Shown here piece after piece: positions 29,764 through 39,013 of a DNA stretch of 46,723 bases. Under the pieces are notes generated by a model, which was not told the DNA's origin, searched no databases, and worked only from the letters and a program-made list of their open reading frames with translations. Source of the stretch: Firmicutes bacterium UBA3914 (lineage in GTDB: Bacteria > Bacillota > Limnochordia > Darwinibacteriales > Darwinibacteriaceae); assembly GCA_002391385.1 (NCBI GenBank), contig DGEY01000060.1, positions 5,531-52,253 of the forward strand, in the 5' to 3' direction. How positions within the stretch are numbered: position 1 is the stretch's first letter; every line of letters begins with the position of its first letter. The position numbers were made by a program, and so were the translations under genes.

Positions 29764-31044
29764 ATGAGGATGGGAGTGGTGAGCGTGGAGAAACTGGCGA
29801 TCCACGGAGGTCCTCCCGTTAGGACCAAGCCGTGGGTGTCCAAATATATGGGCAGTGAGGCCTTGGGAGCCGAAGAGAAGGCCAGGGTTCTTCAGGTGTT
29901 GGAGAAAAAGCGCATCTTCCGTTACCTCCCCGACGGTCTGGAAACATCTGAGGCCGCGGCCCTGGAAGAGGAGTACAAGCGCTTTGTGGGTACCGACTAT
30001 GCCCTGGCGGTCAATTCGGGCACTTCGGCCCTGATCTGCGCGCTGATCGCCGTGGGCGTGGGACCGGGTCATGAAGTGATCATCCCCGCCTATACCTGGG
30101 TGGCCACCGCTGCCGCGGTGGCTGTAGTGGGCGCTGTACCTGTTTTGGCGGAGGTGGATTCCAGTTTGACCTTGGATCCCCAGGATCTCGAGGCCAAGAT
30201 CACTTCCCGCACCAAGGCGGTCATTGTGGTGCACATGCGGGGGATTTCCGCGGCCATGGATGAGATTCTGGCCGTGGCCCAAAAGCACAACCTCATGGTT
30301 ATTGAGGATGTGGCCCAGGCCAATGGAGGCACTTACCGCGGCCGTCCCTTGGGCTCTTTGGGCCATGTGGGCTGCTTCAGCCTGCAGCAATCCAAAGTCA
30401 TTGCCGCGGGGGAGGGGGGCATGCTGGTCACCAACTCCGAGGAGCTGTGGCAGCGGGCGGTTTTGTACCACGATGGGGCCGGCTATCAGTTCCGTTTCCT
30501 GGAACGAAAGATACCCGCCTTCCCCGGCCAGAATTACCGCCTCACCGAGCTGCAGGCAGCCCTTTCCCTGGGCCAGCTGGAGAAAATGCCAGATCTTGTA
30601 CGCGCTACCCGGGAGAACAAGCGCAAACTGGTGGAACGGCTCCGCAACCAGGAGAAGATCGAACTTTCCCCCGTGTTCGGCACAGAGCGTGATCTGGGAG
30701 TCAGCCTGATCTTTTACGTGGCAGACGAGGAAAAGGCGAGGCTAACCGCGCAGGCTCTCACCGCAGAAGGCATCCCGGCCTTCCAGGTCTGGGACCGCAG
30801 GGCCCGCGATCAGCATATCTACGTGAACTGGGAGTTCCTCATGGCCAAGCGGGATCCCTGGGGTAGAAGTTATCCCTGGAGTTTGGCGGAGGGGAGCAGC
30901 GTGGACTATTCCCCCGAGACCTGCCCCCAGACCTTAGCCCTGTTGAGCCGGGCCGTTCAAATTCACCTCAATCACCTGGTTACCGAAGAAGACTTGCGGG
31001 ATATTGAGGCTGCCATTAACAAGGTCGCCTTTCATCTGCTGTAG
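29764..31044 (+). CDS. DegT/DnrJ/EryC1/StrS-family PLP aminotransferase
   Basis: AVNSGTSAL, IEDVAQA and the active-site Lys in FSLQQSKVIAAGEGG. The start is uncertain (ATG 29764, ATG 29770 or GTG 29785). Confidence 0.83.
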   Translation: MRMGVVSVEKLAIHGGPPVRTKPWVSKYMGSEALGAEEKARVLQVLEKKRIFRYLPDGLETSEAAALEEEYKRFVGTDYALAVNSGTSALICALIAVGVGPGHEVIIPAYTWVATAAAVAVVGAVPVLAEVDSSLTLDPQDLEAKITSRTKAVIVVHMRGISAAMDEILAVAQKHNLMVIEDVAQANGGTYRGRPLGSLGHVGCFSLQQSKVIAAGEGGMLVTNSEELWQRAVLYHDGAGYQFRFLERKIPAFPGQNYRLTELQAALSLGQLEKMPDLVRATRENKRKLVERLRNQEKIELSPVFGTERDLGVSLIFYVADEEKARLTAQALTAEGIPAFQVWDRRARDQHIYVNWEFLMAKRDPWGRSYPWSLAEGSSVDYSPETCPQTLALLSRAVQIHLNHLVTEEDLRDIEAAINKVAFHLL

Positions 31045-31059
31045 TGGGGAGGGAGAAGG

Positions 31060-31863
31060 GTGGAATATGCTTTTAGCAAATACCACGGCCTGGGCAATGA
31101 CTTCATTTTCATGGAAGACTTTGGAGGAAAACTGCTACCGGAAGGCGAAGAGCTAGCAAGATTGCTCTGTCACCGCCACTTTGGGATCGGAGCAGACGGC
31201 CTTGTGCTGATCACCAAAGAGGCTGGGCTGTTCACCATGCGCATCTTTAACGCCGATGGTTCCGAGGCTGAAATGTGCGGCAATGCCGTCCGCTGCATGG
31301 CCCACTATCTGCTGGACCAGGCTTTGGCGGAAGGACCTGCGCTGCGCATCGGCACTTTGGCCGGGGTGAAGGAGATTGTGGCCAGTGGTGGACTGTACAG
31401 GGTGGATATGGGTGAGCCAGATTTGGAGGGGCCGCTGTCCCTTGCGGCCTCTGGGCGGGAATGGATCTGCCACCCTGTTTCCATGGGCAATCCCCACGCG
31501 GTGGTCTTTGTGGACGACGTAGATGAGGTCAACCTGGCCATGTGGGGCCCAACCCTGGAAAACCACCCGGTGTGGCCCCAGAAGGCCAACATCGAGTTCG
31601 TCCAGGTTGTGAGTGCCAACCGGCTGAAAGTGCGGGTGTGGGAGCGGGGGGCAGGGCCCACCCTGGCCTGCGGAACCGGCGCGTGTGCAGCCGCGGTGGT
31701 GTCCATCAGGGAAGGCTTCGTCCAGTCACCGGTGGAGGTTGTGCTCCCCGGCGGCGAGCTCACCATTGAGTGGAGTGCAGGCAATCATGTCTCTATGTCC
31801 GGGCCGGCCACCAAGGTTTTCGCCGGCAGGATAGATCTGGAAGCACTAAAAGGCGGGAGATGA
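31060..31863 (+). CDS. dapF: diaminopimelate epimerase
   Basis: YHGLGNDFIF plus both catalytic Cys motifs (MCGNAVRC, ACGTGACA). GTG start follows GGGAGGGAGAAGG. Confidence 0.93.
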   Translation: MEYAFSKYHGLGNDFIFMEDFGGKLLPEGEELARLLCHRHFGIGADGLVLITKEAGLFTMRIFNADGSEAEMCGNAVRCMAHYLLDQALAEGPALRIGTLAGVKEIVASGGLYRVDMGEPDLEGPLSLAASGREWICHPVSMGNPHAVVFVDDVDEVNLAMWGPTLENHPVWPQKANIEFVQVVSANRLKVRVWERGAGPTLACGTGACAAAVVSIREGFVQSPVEVVLPGGELTIEWSAGNHVSMSGPATKVFAGRIDLEALKGGR

Positions 31864-32579
31864 TAAGCGTGATCGTAATAGCACATCGGGGCTACTCGGC
31901 GAAAGCCCCGGAGAACACCATGGCAGCATTCGAGTTGGCCCTCGCGGCCGGGACGGACGGAATTGAACTTGACGTGCACCTCACCGGTGACGGGGAAATC
32001 GTGGTGATCCACGATGACACGGTGAACCGGACCACAGATGGCAAGGGCCCTGTAGGGGCCTTTACCCTGGCGGAACTGCAGGCTCTAGATGCCGGTTCCT
32101 GGTTTGCCCCCGAGTTTGCAGGTGAAAAAATCCCCACCTTGAAGAAGGTTCTGGAGCTGCTGAAGGACAAAGATGTCCTGCTCAACATCGAGGTCAAGAC
32201 TGGGTTGGGCTTTGAGCAACTCAACGAACAACTGGTGCAGCTGCTGGATCGCTATGACTTCTGGGAACGCACTATTATATCCTCGTTTAACCACTATGCC
32301 CTGGCTCACCTGGTGGGTTTGAAGCCCCAGGCCCGCACCGCGATCCTCTACACAGCGGCCCTGGTAAACCCCTGGGTCTATGCCAAGAGCATCGGGGCCA
32401 CGGTGCTCCATCCCTATCATCACGCCGTTATTCCCGAAATTGTCACCGCGGCTCAGCAAAACGGGATGATGGTCAACGTCTGGACAGTGGATGAAGAGGC
32501 AGATGTTGAGCGGATGAAACTGTGCCGCATCGACGGCATCATCACCAACCAGGTGGAAAGAGTTAAGAGCCTGCTCTAG
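31860..32579 (+). CDS. glycerophosphodiester phosphodiesterase
   Basis: IAHRGYSAKAPENT and IELDVHLTGDGEIVVIHD (GDPD motifs). ATG 31860 overlaps the dapF stop codon. Confidence 0.88.
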   Translation: MISVIVIAHRGYSAKAPENTMAAFELALAAGTDGIELDVHLTGDGEIVVIHDDTVNRTTDGKGPVGAFTLAELQALDAGSWFAPEFAGEKIPTLKKVLELLKDKDVLLNIEVKTGLGFEQLNEQLVQLLDRYDFWERTIISSFNHYALAHLVGLKPQARTAILYTAALVNPWVYAKSIGATVLHPYHHAVIPEIVTAAQQNGMMVNVWTVDEEADVERMKLCRIDGIITNQVERVKSLL

Positions 32580-32607
32580 TCTAAAGCAAAGTCTTGCAGT
32601 GAACCCG

Positions 32608-32638
32608 GTGCCCTTTTGGATCAAGAGGGCACTCTTTT
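32608..32638 (+). terminator. intrinsic terminator after the phosphodiesterase gene
   Basis: GTGCCCT(32608-14)/AGGGCAC(32626-32) followed by TCTTTT. Confidence 0.6.
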
Positions 32639-32656
32639 ACGAAGGGAGGTCCGGCT

Positions 32657-33547
32657 GTGACCGTTTTGGAGACGGTGGAGCTGAAGAAGAACTTTGGAGA
32701 CATCTCTGCCCTCAAGGGTGTGAACTTAGCTGTGCGGAGGGGGGAGATCCACGGCTTTATCGGCCCCAACGGCGCGGGAAAGACGACCACCATGCGCATC
32801 CTGCTGGGTTTGCTCAAGCCCACTGCCGGTACAGCAACGGTTTTCGGCAGAGATGCCTGGAAAGATGCGGTGGAGATCCACCGGCAGGTGGCCTATGTGC
32901 CCGGGGAAGTGCAGCTGTGGCCCAACCTCACAGGCGGTGAGGTCTTGGATCTTTTGGCGCGCCTTAGGGGGCCAGGAAACGAGCGCCTCCGCGGGGAGCT
33001 CCTGGAGCGGTTTGACCTCGATCCCAGCCGCAAATGCGGCACCTATTCCAAGGGAAACCGGCAGAAGGTTGCCCTCATTGCCGCCCTGTCCAGCGGGGCG
33101 GAACTGCTGATCCTGGATGAGCCCACTTCAGGCCTGGACCCCCTTATGGAGCAGGTGTTCCAGGACTGCCTGCAGGAGTTGAGGGCCCAGGGACGGAGCG
33201 TGCTCCTTTCCAGCCATATTCTCTCCGAAGTGGAAAAGGTCTGCGACCGGGTCAGCATTATCCGGGACGGCGTGATTATCGAAAGCGGCACCCTGGTCGA
33301 GCTGAGGCATCTGACCAGCACACACGTTGCTGTGCAGACCAAAAGGCCCCTGGAGGGCCTGGAGCAGTTCAGCGGCGTCCATGACCTTCAGGAGCGGGGT
33401 GGAGTTACGTACTTCTCGGTGGAAGCCGAGGAACTGGGCGCGGTGATGGCCCATCTGAGCAGGTTTGAGATTGTGCGGCTGGAGTGCGCCCCGCCCACCT
33501 TGGAGGATCTATTCATCCGCCATTACGAAGGGGAGACCCGGCGATGA
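32657..33547 (+). CDS. ABC transporter ATP-binding protein
   Basis: Walker A GPNGAGKTT, signature YSKGNRQK, Walker B LLILDEPTSGLD. GTG start. Confidence 0.9.
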   Translation: MTVLETVELKKNFGDISALKGVNLAVRRGEIHGFIGPNGAGKTTTMRILLGLLKPTAGTATVFGRDAWKDAVEIHRQVAYVPGEVQLWPNLTGGEVLDLLARLRGPGNERLRGELLERFDLDPSRKCGTYSKGNRQKVALIAALSSGAELLILDEPTSGLDPLMEQVFQDCLQELRAQGRSVLLSSHILSEVEKVCDRVSIIRDGVIIESGTLVELRHLTSTHVAVQTKRPLEGLEQFSGVHDLQERGGVTYFSVEAEELGAVMAHLSRFEIVRLECAPPTLEDLFIRHYEGETRR

Positions 33548-35145
33548 AGCGCAACTTTGCGGGCACCTTGACCTTAAGCAGGTTTTTCTGGCGCCAGGAG
33601 CGGCGTCAGGTGGTGCTGTGGGCGTTGGCCATCGTGCTCCTCAACTTCCTGGTTGTGGTCTCGTATGCCCAGATCTACAAAAGCCCGGCAGAGCGCGCCG
33701 CCATGGCCCAGACCATGCGCAACCCGGCCATGACCTTCATGCTGGGACCGGGCTGGGGCCTGGACAACTACACCATCGGCGCCATGGTGGGCCACGAGAT
33801 GCTGCTCTTTGCGGCCATGCTTGCGGCCATCATGAATATCCTGGTGGTACAGGCCCTCACCAGAAGCTCGGAAGAAGATGGCCGGCACGAGCTGCTGCTC
33901 TCCCTGCCCGTGGGCTCCTTGAGCAGTCTGGCCGCCCCGTTGGTTCTGGCACTGATGCAAAATGCAGGTCTGGCCCTGGCCACCGGGCTCGCCCTGTGGG
34001 TCCCGGGGGTGGAGTCAGTGGATCTCGCGGGCTCTCTGCTCTTCGGCACCGCGGTGGGCACCACCGGTTTCTTTTTTGCGGGTTTGACCGCTCTCTTTGC
34101 CCAGCTGGCAGAGACTTCCCGGGCCAACCTAATTCTTTCCCTATCAGTCCTGGGCCTGCTCTATGTACTGAGGGGCCTGGGTGATCTGGGCCGGGAATGG
34201 TTGTCTTTAGCCACTCCCTTGGGTTTGATCCTGCGCACCCAAGTGTATGTGGCCAATTACTGGTGGCCTGTGGGGATCATGCTGGCCGCCGCTGGGGTTC
34301 TGTGGACCGGTGCCTTCCGCTTGAACTGGGGACGGGACCTGGGCTCCGGTTATCTCCGGGCCCGGGCCGGCAGGCAGCGGGCTTCCAGGCTCTTGCGCAG
34401 CCCCTTCGGGTTGGCCCTCCGCCTGCAGCGCAGCGCCATCATCAGCTGGCTTTGTGCCCTGCTTCTCCTGGGCGCCTCCTACGGTTCGGTCTTCGCTGAT
34501 CTGGAAGAGTTTCTGGCGGGGAACGAATTCCTGCGGGAAATCCTCCCCTCGGTCCAGGGCTATTCCTTGACGGAGCAGTTTTTGAGTATGGTGATTGACG
34601 TCACGGCTATGCTGGCGGTAATTCCCGCCCTCCTCCCTGTGGTGCGGTTGGTCAAAGAAGAAAAAGCAGGCCGCCTGGAAAGCCTTCTGGCCCTGCCGGT
34701 CTCCCGCCTGAATCTGCTTTTGGGTTTTCTGCTCCTGGGCGTTTTGGTGAGCGCCCTGGCCATGCTGGCTTCGGGCCTGGGCTTGGGCTTAGCTGTCCAG
34801 GCGGTGCTGGGGGAGGGGCCGCCCTTAACCTCAGTCCTTGTGGCCAGCTTGGCACAGCTCCCCGGCATGCTGGTCATGCTGGGCGCGGCGGTGGTGATTG
34901 TGGGCTTCTGTCCGCGCTTCACCGTCCTGCTCTGGGCTTATGTGGCCTATTCCGTATTCGCCGTCTATTTCGGCGTCTTGATCAACCTGCCCCAGTGGGC
35001 GGTCAAGCTCTCGCCCTTTGGTTGGAATCCCCAGCTGCCCGTGGAGCCCTTTGAGGTTCAGACGGCCCTGCTTTTGCTGGGATTGGCGGTACTCCTCTGT
35101 GCCGCCGGCGCTTGGGGTTATGTCAGGCGGGATCTGGATCTTTGA
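33544..35145 (+). CDS. large ABC-2-type permease (about 533 aa, about 12 hydrophobic segments)
   Basis: ATG 33544 overlaps the ATPase stop codon (ATGA). Polytopic membrane protein. Confidence 0.8.
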   Translation: MKRNFAGTLTLSRFFWRQERRQVVLWALAIVLLNFLVVVSYAQIYKSPAERAAMAQTMRNPAMTFMLGPGWGLDNYTIGAMVGHEMLLFAAMLAAIMNILVVQALTRSSEEDGRHELLLSLPVGSLSSLAAPLVLALMQNAGLALATGLALWVPGVESVDLAGSLLFGTAVGTTGFFFAGLTALFAQLAETSRANLILSLSVLGLLYVLRGLGDLGREWLSLATPLGLILRTQVYVANYWWPVGIMLAAAGVLWTGAFRLNWGRDLGSGYLRARAGRQRASRLLRSPFGLALRLQRSAIISWLCALLLLGASYGSVFADLEEFLAGNEFLREILPSVQGYSLTEQFLSMVIDVTAMLAVIPALLPVVRLVKEEKAGRLESLLALPVSRLNLLLGFLLLGVLVSALAMLASGLGLGLAVQAVLGEGPPLTSVLVASLAQLPGMLVMLGAAVVIVGFCPRFTVLLWAYVAYSVFAVYFGVLINLPQWAVKLSPFGWNPQLPVEPFEVQTALLLLGLAVLLCAAGAWGYVRRDLDL

Positions 35146-35162
35146 TTTGAGGGATGGTGATC

Positions 35163-35198
35163 AAAAAAAGAGCTGCCTGCAGCAAGCAGCTCTTTTTT
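35163..35198. terminator. bidirectional intrinsic terminator
   Basis: AAAAAAGAGCTGC(35164-76)/GCAGCTCTTTTTT(35186-98). The A/T tracts on both sides can serve both convergent units. Confidence 0.8.
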
Positions 35199-35209
35199 GG
35201 TGCCCTGGA

Positions 35210-36211
35210 TTAGATCACGCCGTCCAGGTCTGCCCCGGCCAGGGCCACAACCAGATCTACACAGGCCTGGACATCTCCCAGATCCACCATTTCCGAAGGC
35301 GAGTGCACATAGCGGGTGGGGATGGAGATGGTTCCCGAAGGGACCCCTTCCTTGGTCAGGTGGATGGCCCCCGCGTCGGTGCCGCCCCGTTCCAGTACTT
35401 CCATCTGGTAGGGGATCCCTCCTGCTTCGCACAGGTCCACCAGGAGGTCTTTAACCCTGGGATGGGCAATGAGGGAGGAATCCTTGACCTTGATCGCGGC
35501 CCCCTTGCCCAAGCTGACGGCCATGTGCCTGGCCTCAGGGGTATCGCCGGTGAGGGTCACGTCCAGGGCGATGCCCAGGTCAGGGTCAAGGCCAAAGGCC
35601 GCGGTGCGGGCGCCCCTCAGGCCCACTTCTTCCTGGGTGGTGAACACGCAGTACAGGGTGTGTTTGGGTTTTTCGATCCTTCTCAGGGCTTCCACCAGTA
35701 CCGCGCAGCCAATGCGGTCATCCATGCTTTTGGCCACCAGGCGGTTCCCCAGGTCGGCGAACTCCCGGTGGAAGATGCCGAACTCCCCGATGCTCACCTT
35801 CTCCAGAGCTTCTTCTTTCGTTGCTGCGCCAATATCGATGTACAGTTTGTCCAGGGTCAGCTCTTTCCACTCGGTCTTGCCCTCTTGGTAGATGACGCCC
35901 ATGGTTCCGTTGGCAAAGCGGACCCGGTTGCCCACGAGGGTTGTGATGCCCACTCCGCCGATGGGGGAGAAGCGCAGGAATCCGTCCTCGTCGATGTAGG
36001 TGACCACAATCCCGATTTCATCGGTATGGGCCGCGAACATGATTTTCTTGCCGTCGGAGGAGCCGTGCTTGATGGCAATGAGGTTGCCTAAAACATCTGT
36101 GCGGAGTTCATCCACGTGGTCTTTGACCAGCTCTCGAATCAAGTCTGTAACTTCCCTCTCATACCCCGAAGGGCCGAAGGCCTGTGTTAGCTGCTCAATG
36201 ATGGCTTTCAA
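35210..36211 (-). CDS. M42 family metallopeptidase (TET/FrvX/YsdC-like), paralog 3 of 3
   Basis: SGYEREV, HTDEIG, DDRIG and QEEVGLRGA motifs. Confidence 0.9.
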   Translation of the reverse strand: MKAIIEQLTQAFGPSGYEREVTDLIRELVKDHVDELRTDVLGNLIAIKHGSSDGKKIMFAAHTDEIGIVVTYIDEDGFLRFSPIGGVGITTLVGNRVRFANGTMGVIYQEGKTEWKELTLDKLYIDIGAATKEEALEKVSIGEFGIFHREFADLGNRLVAKSMDDRIGCAVLVEALRRIEKPKHTLYCVFTTQEEVGLRGARTAAFGLDPDLGIALDVTLTGDTPEARHMAVSLGKGAAIKVKDSSLIAHPRVKDLLVDLCEAGGIPYQMEVLERGGTDAGAIHLTKEGVPSGTISIPTRYVHSPSEMVDLGDVQACVDLVVALAGADLDGVI

Positions 36212-37233
36212 CTCAATCCCGCCCTTTCTTCAAGCCGTGCTAGATAATGCTTAACCAGCTGGTATGCTCCTTCAAAATCGTCTTTGCACATCACTGCCGC
36301 CGGAGAGTGGATGTAGCGGCAGGGTACGGAGATCACCGCAACTTTTACCCCGGCCCGGGACAGCTGAATCTGGCCGGCATCTGTGCCCCCGGCGGTGCTG
36401 CGGCGGACCTGCACTTTGATTCCCTTTTCCGCGGCCAGGGCCAAGAGCTCCTGGACGAGTTCGGGGTTCGGGATCACCGAGCGGTCCATAACCGAGATGG
36501 CCGGTCCCTCCCCTAGGGCAGTGGCCTGTTTATGGTCGTCCGTCCCCGGCACATCGGAGGCTGTGGTCCCCTCCAGAACCAGGGCCAGATCAGGTTCCAC
36601 TTGGTAGGCGGCCACGCCGGCACCCCGCAGGCCCACTTCTTCTTGAACGGTAAAGGCGGCAATCAAGGGGAAGGAGACCTCTTCCTGCAGCAGGCGGATG
36701 AGCAGGGCGCAGCCCACCCGGTCGTCCAGGGCTTTGGCCTTCACCCTGTTTTCGCCCAGCTCTTCGTATTCGGTGGTGAAATAGGCGATTTCCCCAAGCT
36801 GCACCAGTTTCTCCGCCTCTTCTCTGTTCTTGGCGCCAATATCAATGACCATTTCCCTGATGGTAAAGGCCTTTTCCCTTTCTTCGGGCCTCTGCAGGTG
36901 GATGGGCTTGCTGCCGATCACGCCCGGCACTTTTTTCCTGCCCACCACTACCGTTTTGGCCACTAGAACCCTGGGATCAACTCCGCCGATGGGGCGGAAC
37001 TTCAGATAGCCGTCCCCGTCAATCCCCACAACCATCAAGGCCACTTCGTCCATGTGCGCGGCCAGCATCACCTTGGGTCCGGGAGCATCGGGGTTTTTAA
37101 TGGCCAAGAGGTTGCCCAGGGCATCTGTTTTCACGATCTGGACATGGGGTTCGATTGCGGCACGGATCAGGTCCCGTACCTCGTCTTCCTGCCCAGGCGC
37201 GCCGTTGGCTTGGGTTAGGCGGGCTAAAAGCAT
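36208..37233 (-). CDS. M42 family metallopeptidase, paralog 2 of 3
   Basis: PGQEDEV, HMDEVA, DDRVG and QEEVGLRGA motifs. 4-nt overlap with the downstream paralog. Confidence 0.9.
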   Translation of the reverse strand: MLLARLTQANGAPGQEDEVRDLIRAAIEPHVQIVKTDALGNLLAIKNPDAPGPKVMLAAHMDEVALMVVGIDGDGYLKFRPIGGVDPRVLVAKTVVVGRKKVPGVIGSKPIHLQRPEEREKAFTIREMVIDIGAKNREEAEKLVQLGEIAYFTTEYEELGENRVKAKALDDRVGCALLIRLLQEEVSFPLIAAFTVQEEVGLRGAGVAAYQVEPDLALVLEGTTASDVPGTDDHKQATALGEGPAISVMDRSVIPNPELVQELLALAAEKGIKVQVRRSTAGGTDAGQIQLSRAGVKVAVISVPCRYIHSPAAVMCKDDFEGAYQLVKHYLARLEERAGLS

Positions 37234-38285
37234 GTCAATCCCTCCACAAATTCATGATCGAGGCCGGCAATGAACATGGCCATTAAGCGCCCTGTAGCCT
37301 GGATGTCCCGGTAATCCAGGGTTTCCACGGGGGTGTGCATATAACGCAGGGGAATAGACAGTAAAATAGTGGCTACTCCGCTGCGAGCCACCTGCATGGC
37401 GTAGGCATCGGTTCCTCCTGGATAGGGCGAGGGGTCCAGGGAATAGCTGATGTTCCATTCCTTGGCCGTTTCCACCATGCGGGCATGCAGCTTGGGATGA
37501 ACATGGGGTCCGATGGCAATGCCCGGTCCTTTGGACAGCTTGATGGTTTCCTCTTCGCTCAGCCCCGGGGAATCACCGAAGCCCACATCTATGGCAATCC
37601 CGATATCGGGGACAATACCGTAGGTGCTGGTCACTGCCCCCCGCAGGCCAACCTCTTCCTGCACGGTGGCCACACCGTACACATCCGCCTGGTGCGTGAC
37701 GGTGGACAGGACCTGGAAGCATTCTAAAATGGCGGCTACTCCCGCCCGATCGTCAAAAGCTTTGCCGGAGAGGAAGGAGCCCGCAAGCTGGGAAACCCGG
37801 CGCTTCAGGGTGACCAGATCGCCCACCCGCACCTGGCGCTTAGCCTCTTCTGCGCTGGCAAAACCGGCGTCGATGAACAGATCTTCCATCTTCACCGCCT
37901 TGCCCTGTTCCCCCGGCGCCTGGATATGGGGCGGCTTTGCGCCGATGATACCCGTGAGTGTTCCTTTCCTGCCGTGGATTACAACTTCCTGGGCCAGCAG
38001 CACCCGCTGGTCAAAACCGCCAACAGTACTGAAGCGCAGGAAGCCTTCCTTCTCAATTTTGGTGATGATTAACCCAATTTCGTCCATGTGGGCGGCTAGC
38101 ATCACTTTGGGCCTGGGTTCTGGTCCCTGGCCCCTTTTGAGCAAGATCAGATTGCCTAGTTTATCGGTGCGAGCCTCGTCCGCCCAGGGACAGCCCTGCT
38201 TGATCAGTTCCAACAGCCCGAACTCGTAGCCTGATACACCTGGTGCTTCGCTCAAGCTGCGAAAAACGTCTTTTACATCCACCAA
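37224..38285 (-). CDS. M42 family metallopeptidase, paralog 1 of 3
   Basis: SGYEFG, HMDEIG, DDRAG and QEEVGLRGA motifs. GTG start follows GGAGGGA. Confidence 0.9.
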   Translation of the reverse strand: MVDVKDVFRSLSEAPGVSGYEFGLLELIKQGCPWADEARTDKLGNLILLKRGQGPEPRPKVMLAAHMDEIGLIITKIEKEGFLRFSTVGGFDQRVLLAQEVVIHGRKGTLTGIIGAKPPHIQAPGEQGKAVKMEDLFIDAGFASAEEAKRQVRVGDLVTLKRRVSQLAGSFLSGKAFDDRAGVAAILECFQVLSTVTHQADVYGVATVQEEVGLRGAVTSTYGIVPDIGIAIDVGFGDSPGLSEEETIKLSKGPGIAIGPHVHPKLHARMVETAKEWNISYSLDPSPYPGGTDAYAMQVARSGVATILLSIPLRYMHTPVETLDYRDIQATGRLMAMFIAGLDHEFVEGLTCF

Positions 38286-38388
38286 TTTCCCTCCTATCCT
38301 CCAGGTTTAACTGTATTATTTCTGGTTGCTAAAGGAAAAACCTGCATCAGCGAGAATTAAACTAGAGCAGGTGGAAAGGGGCTGCAGC

Positions 38389-38844
38389 ATGGTGAACAGC
38401 GGTGTCTATGTGCTCTGGCTGTATCTGCCGCGCCGGGTTTCCCTCACGGTTGGCAAACTGGGGACCTTTTCCTTTCCCCCAGGTGTCTATGCCTACAGCG
38501 GGAGCGCCCAGCGCCACCTCCAGCAGCGCATCGCCAGGCACCGCCGGGCAGCTAAGAAGCTGCACTGGCACATCGACTATTTTCGCGCCGCTGCGGAGCT
38601 GCTGGGTTTTGTCGTGTTTCCCGGGGCCCCGAAAGAAGGGGAATGCCGCTGCGCGGAGCAGCTACTGCGTTTGCCCGGAGCGGCTCTACCTGCACCAGGC
38701 CTCGGTTCCTCGGACTGCTCCTGCGGCAGTCACCTGGTCTACCTGCCCAGTCTGCAGCCTGGGCTAGTAGCGCTTGGCCACGCGGTTGAGAATATTGAGC
38801 TGGGTGCGGCAAAGCCGCTCGCATTCTTCGATGCTGGAGATTAG
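38389..38844 (+). CDS. DUF123 / GIY-YIG (Uri-superfamily) endonuclease-like protein
   Basis: GVYVLWLYL...GKLG.F.FP.GVYAYSGSA...L..RI.RH....KKLHWHIDY matches the DUF123 pattern. A C-terminal Cys cluster is present (CRCAE, SSDCSCGSH). Confidence 0.65.
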   Translation: MVNSGVYVLWLYLPRRVSLTVGKLGTFSFPPGVYAYSGSAQRHLQQRIARHRRAAKKLHWHIDYFRAAAELLGFVVFPGAPKEGECRCAEQLLRLPGAALPAPGLGSSDCSCGSHLVYLPSLQPGLVALGHAVENIELGAAKPLAFFDAGD

Positions 38845-38958
38845 ATCCAGGTTCTTCTTGGGATGCAGCTGCCCGATGCTTTCTTCGCACAGGGCCTGAA
38901 GTTCAGTCAGGCGTTCCGCTAATCTCCAGATGATGTCACTTGGCGACATGAACGACAT
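38764..38958 (-). CDS. small helical hypothetical protein (64 aa)
   Basis: Intact ORF with amphipathic helical sequence. It overlaps the 3' end of the DUF123 ORF by 81 nt. No family recognised. Confidence 0.35.
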   Translation of the reverse strand: MSFMSPSDIIWRLAERLTELQALCEESIGQLHPKKNLDLISSIEECERLCRTQLNILNRVAKRY

Positions 38959-39013
38959 CCTCTCTCAAGTAATCTAGCGTCACAATTATATCACAGAACT
39001 GGGAGGGTTTTGC

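Noticed and set aside
35018-36091. 357-aa ORF on the plus strand
   Set aside because: It is antisense to an M42 peptidase gene and runs straight through the bidirectional terminator. It is a Gly/His/Asp/Val-rich shadow ORF.
38764-38958. Spo0E-like aspartyl-phosphate phosphatase assignment for the 64-aa ORF
   Set aside because: The size and helical character fit, but the diagnostic SQELD motif is absent. I kept it as a low-confidence hypothetical only.
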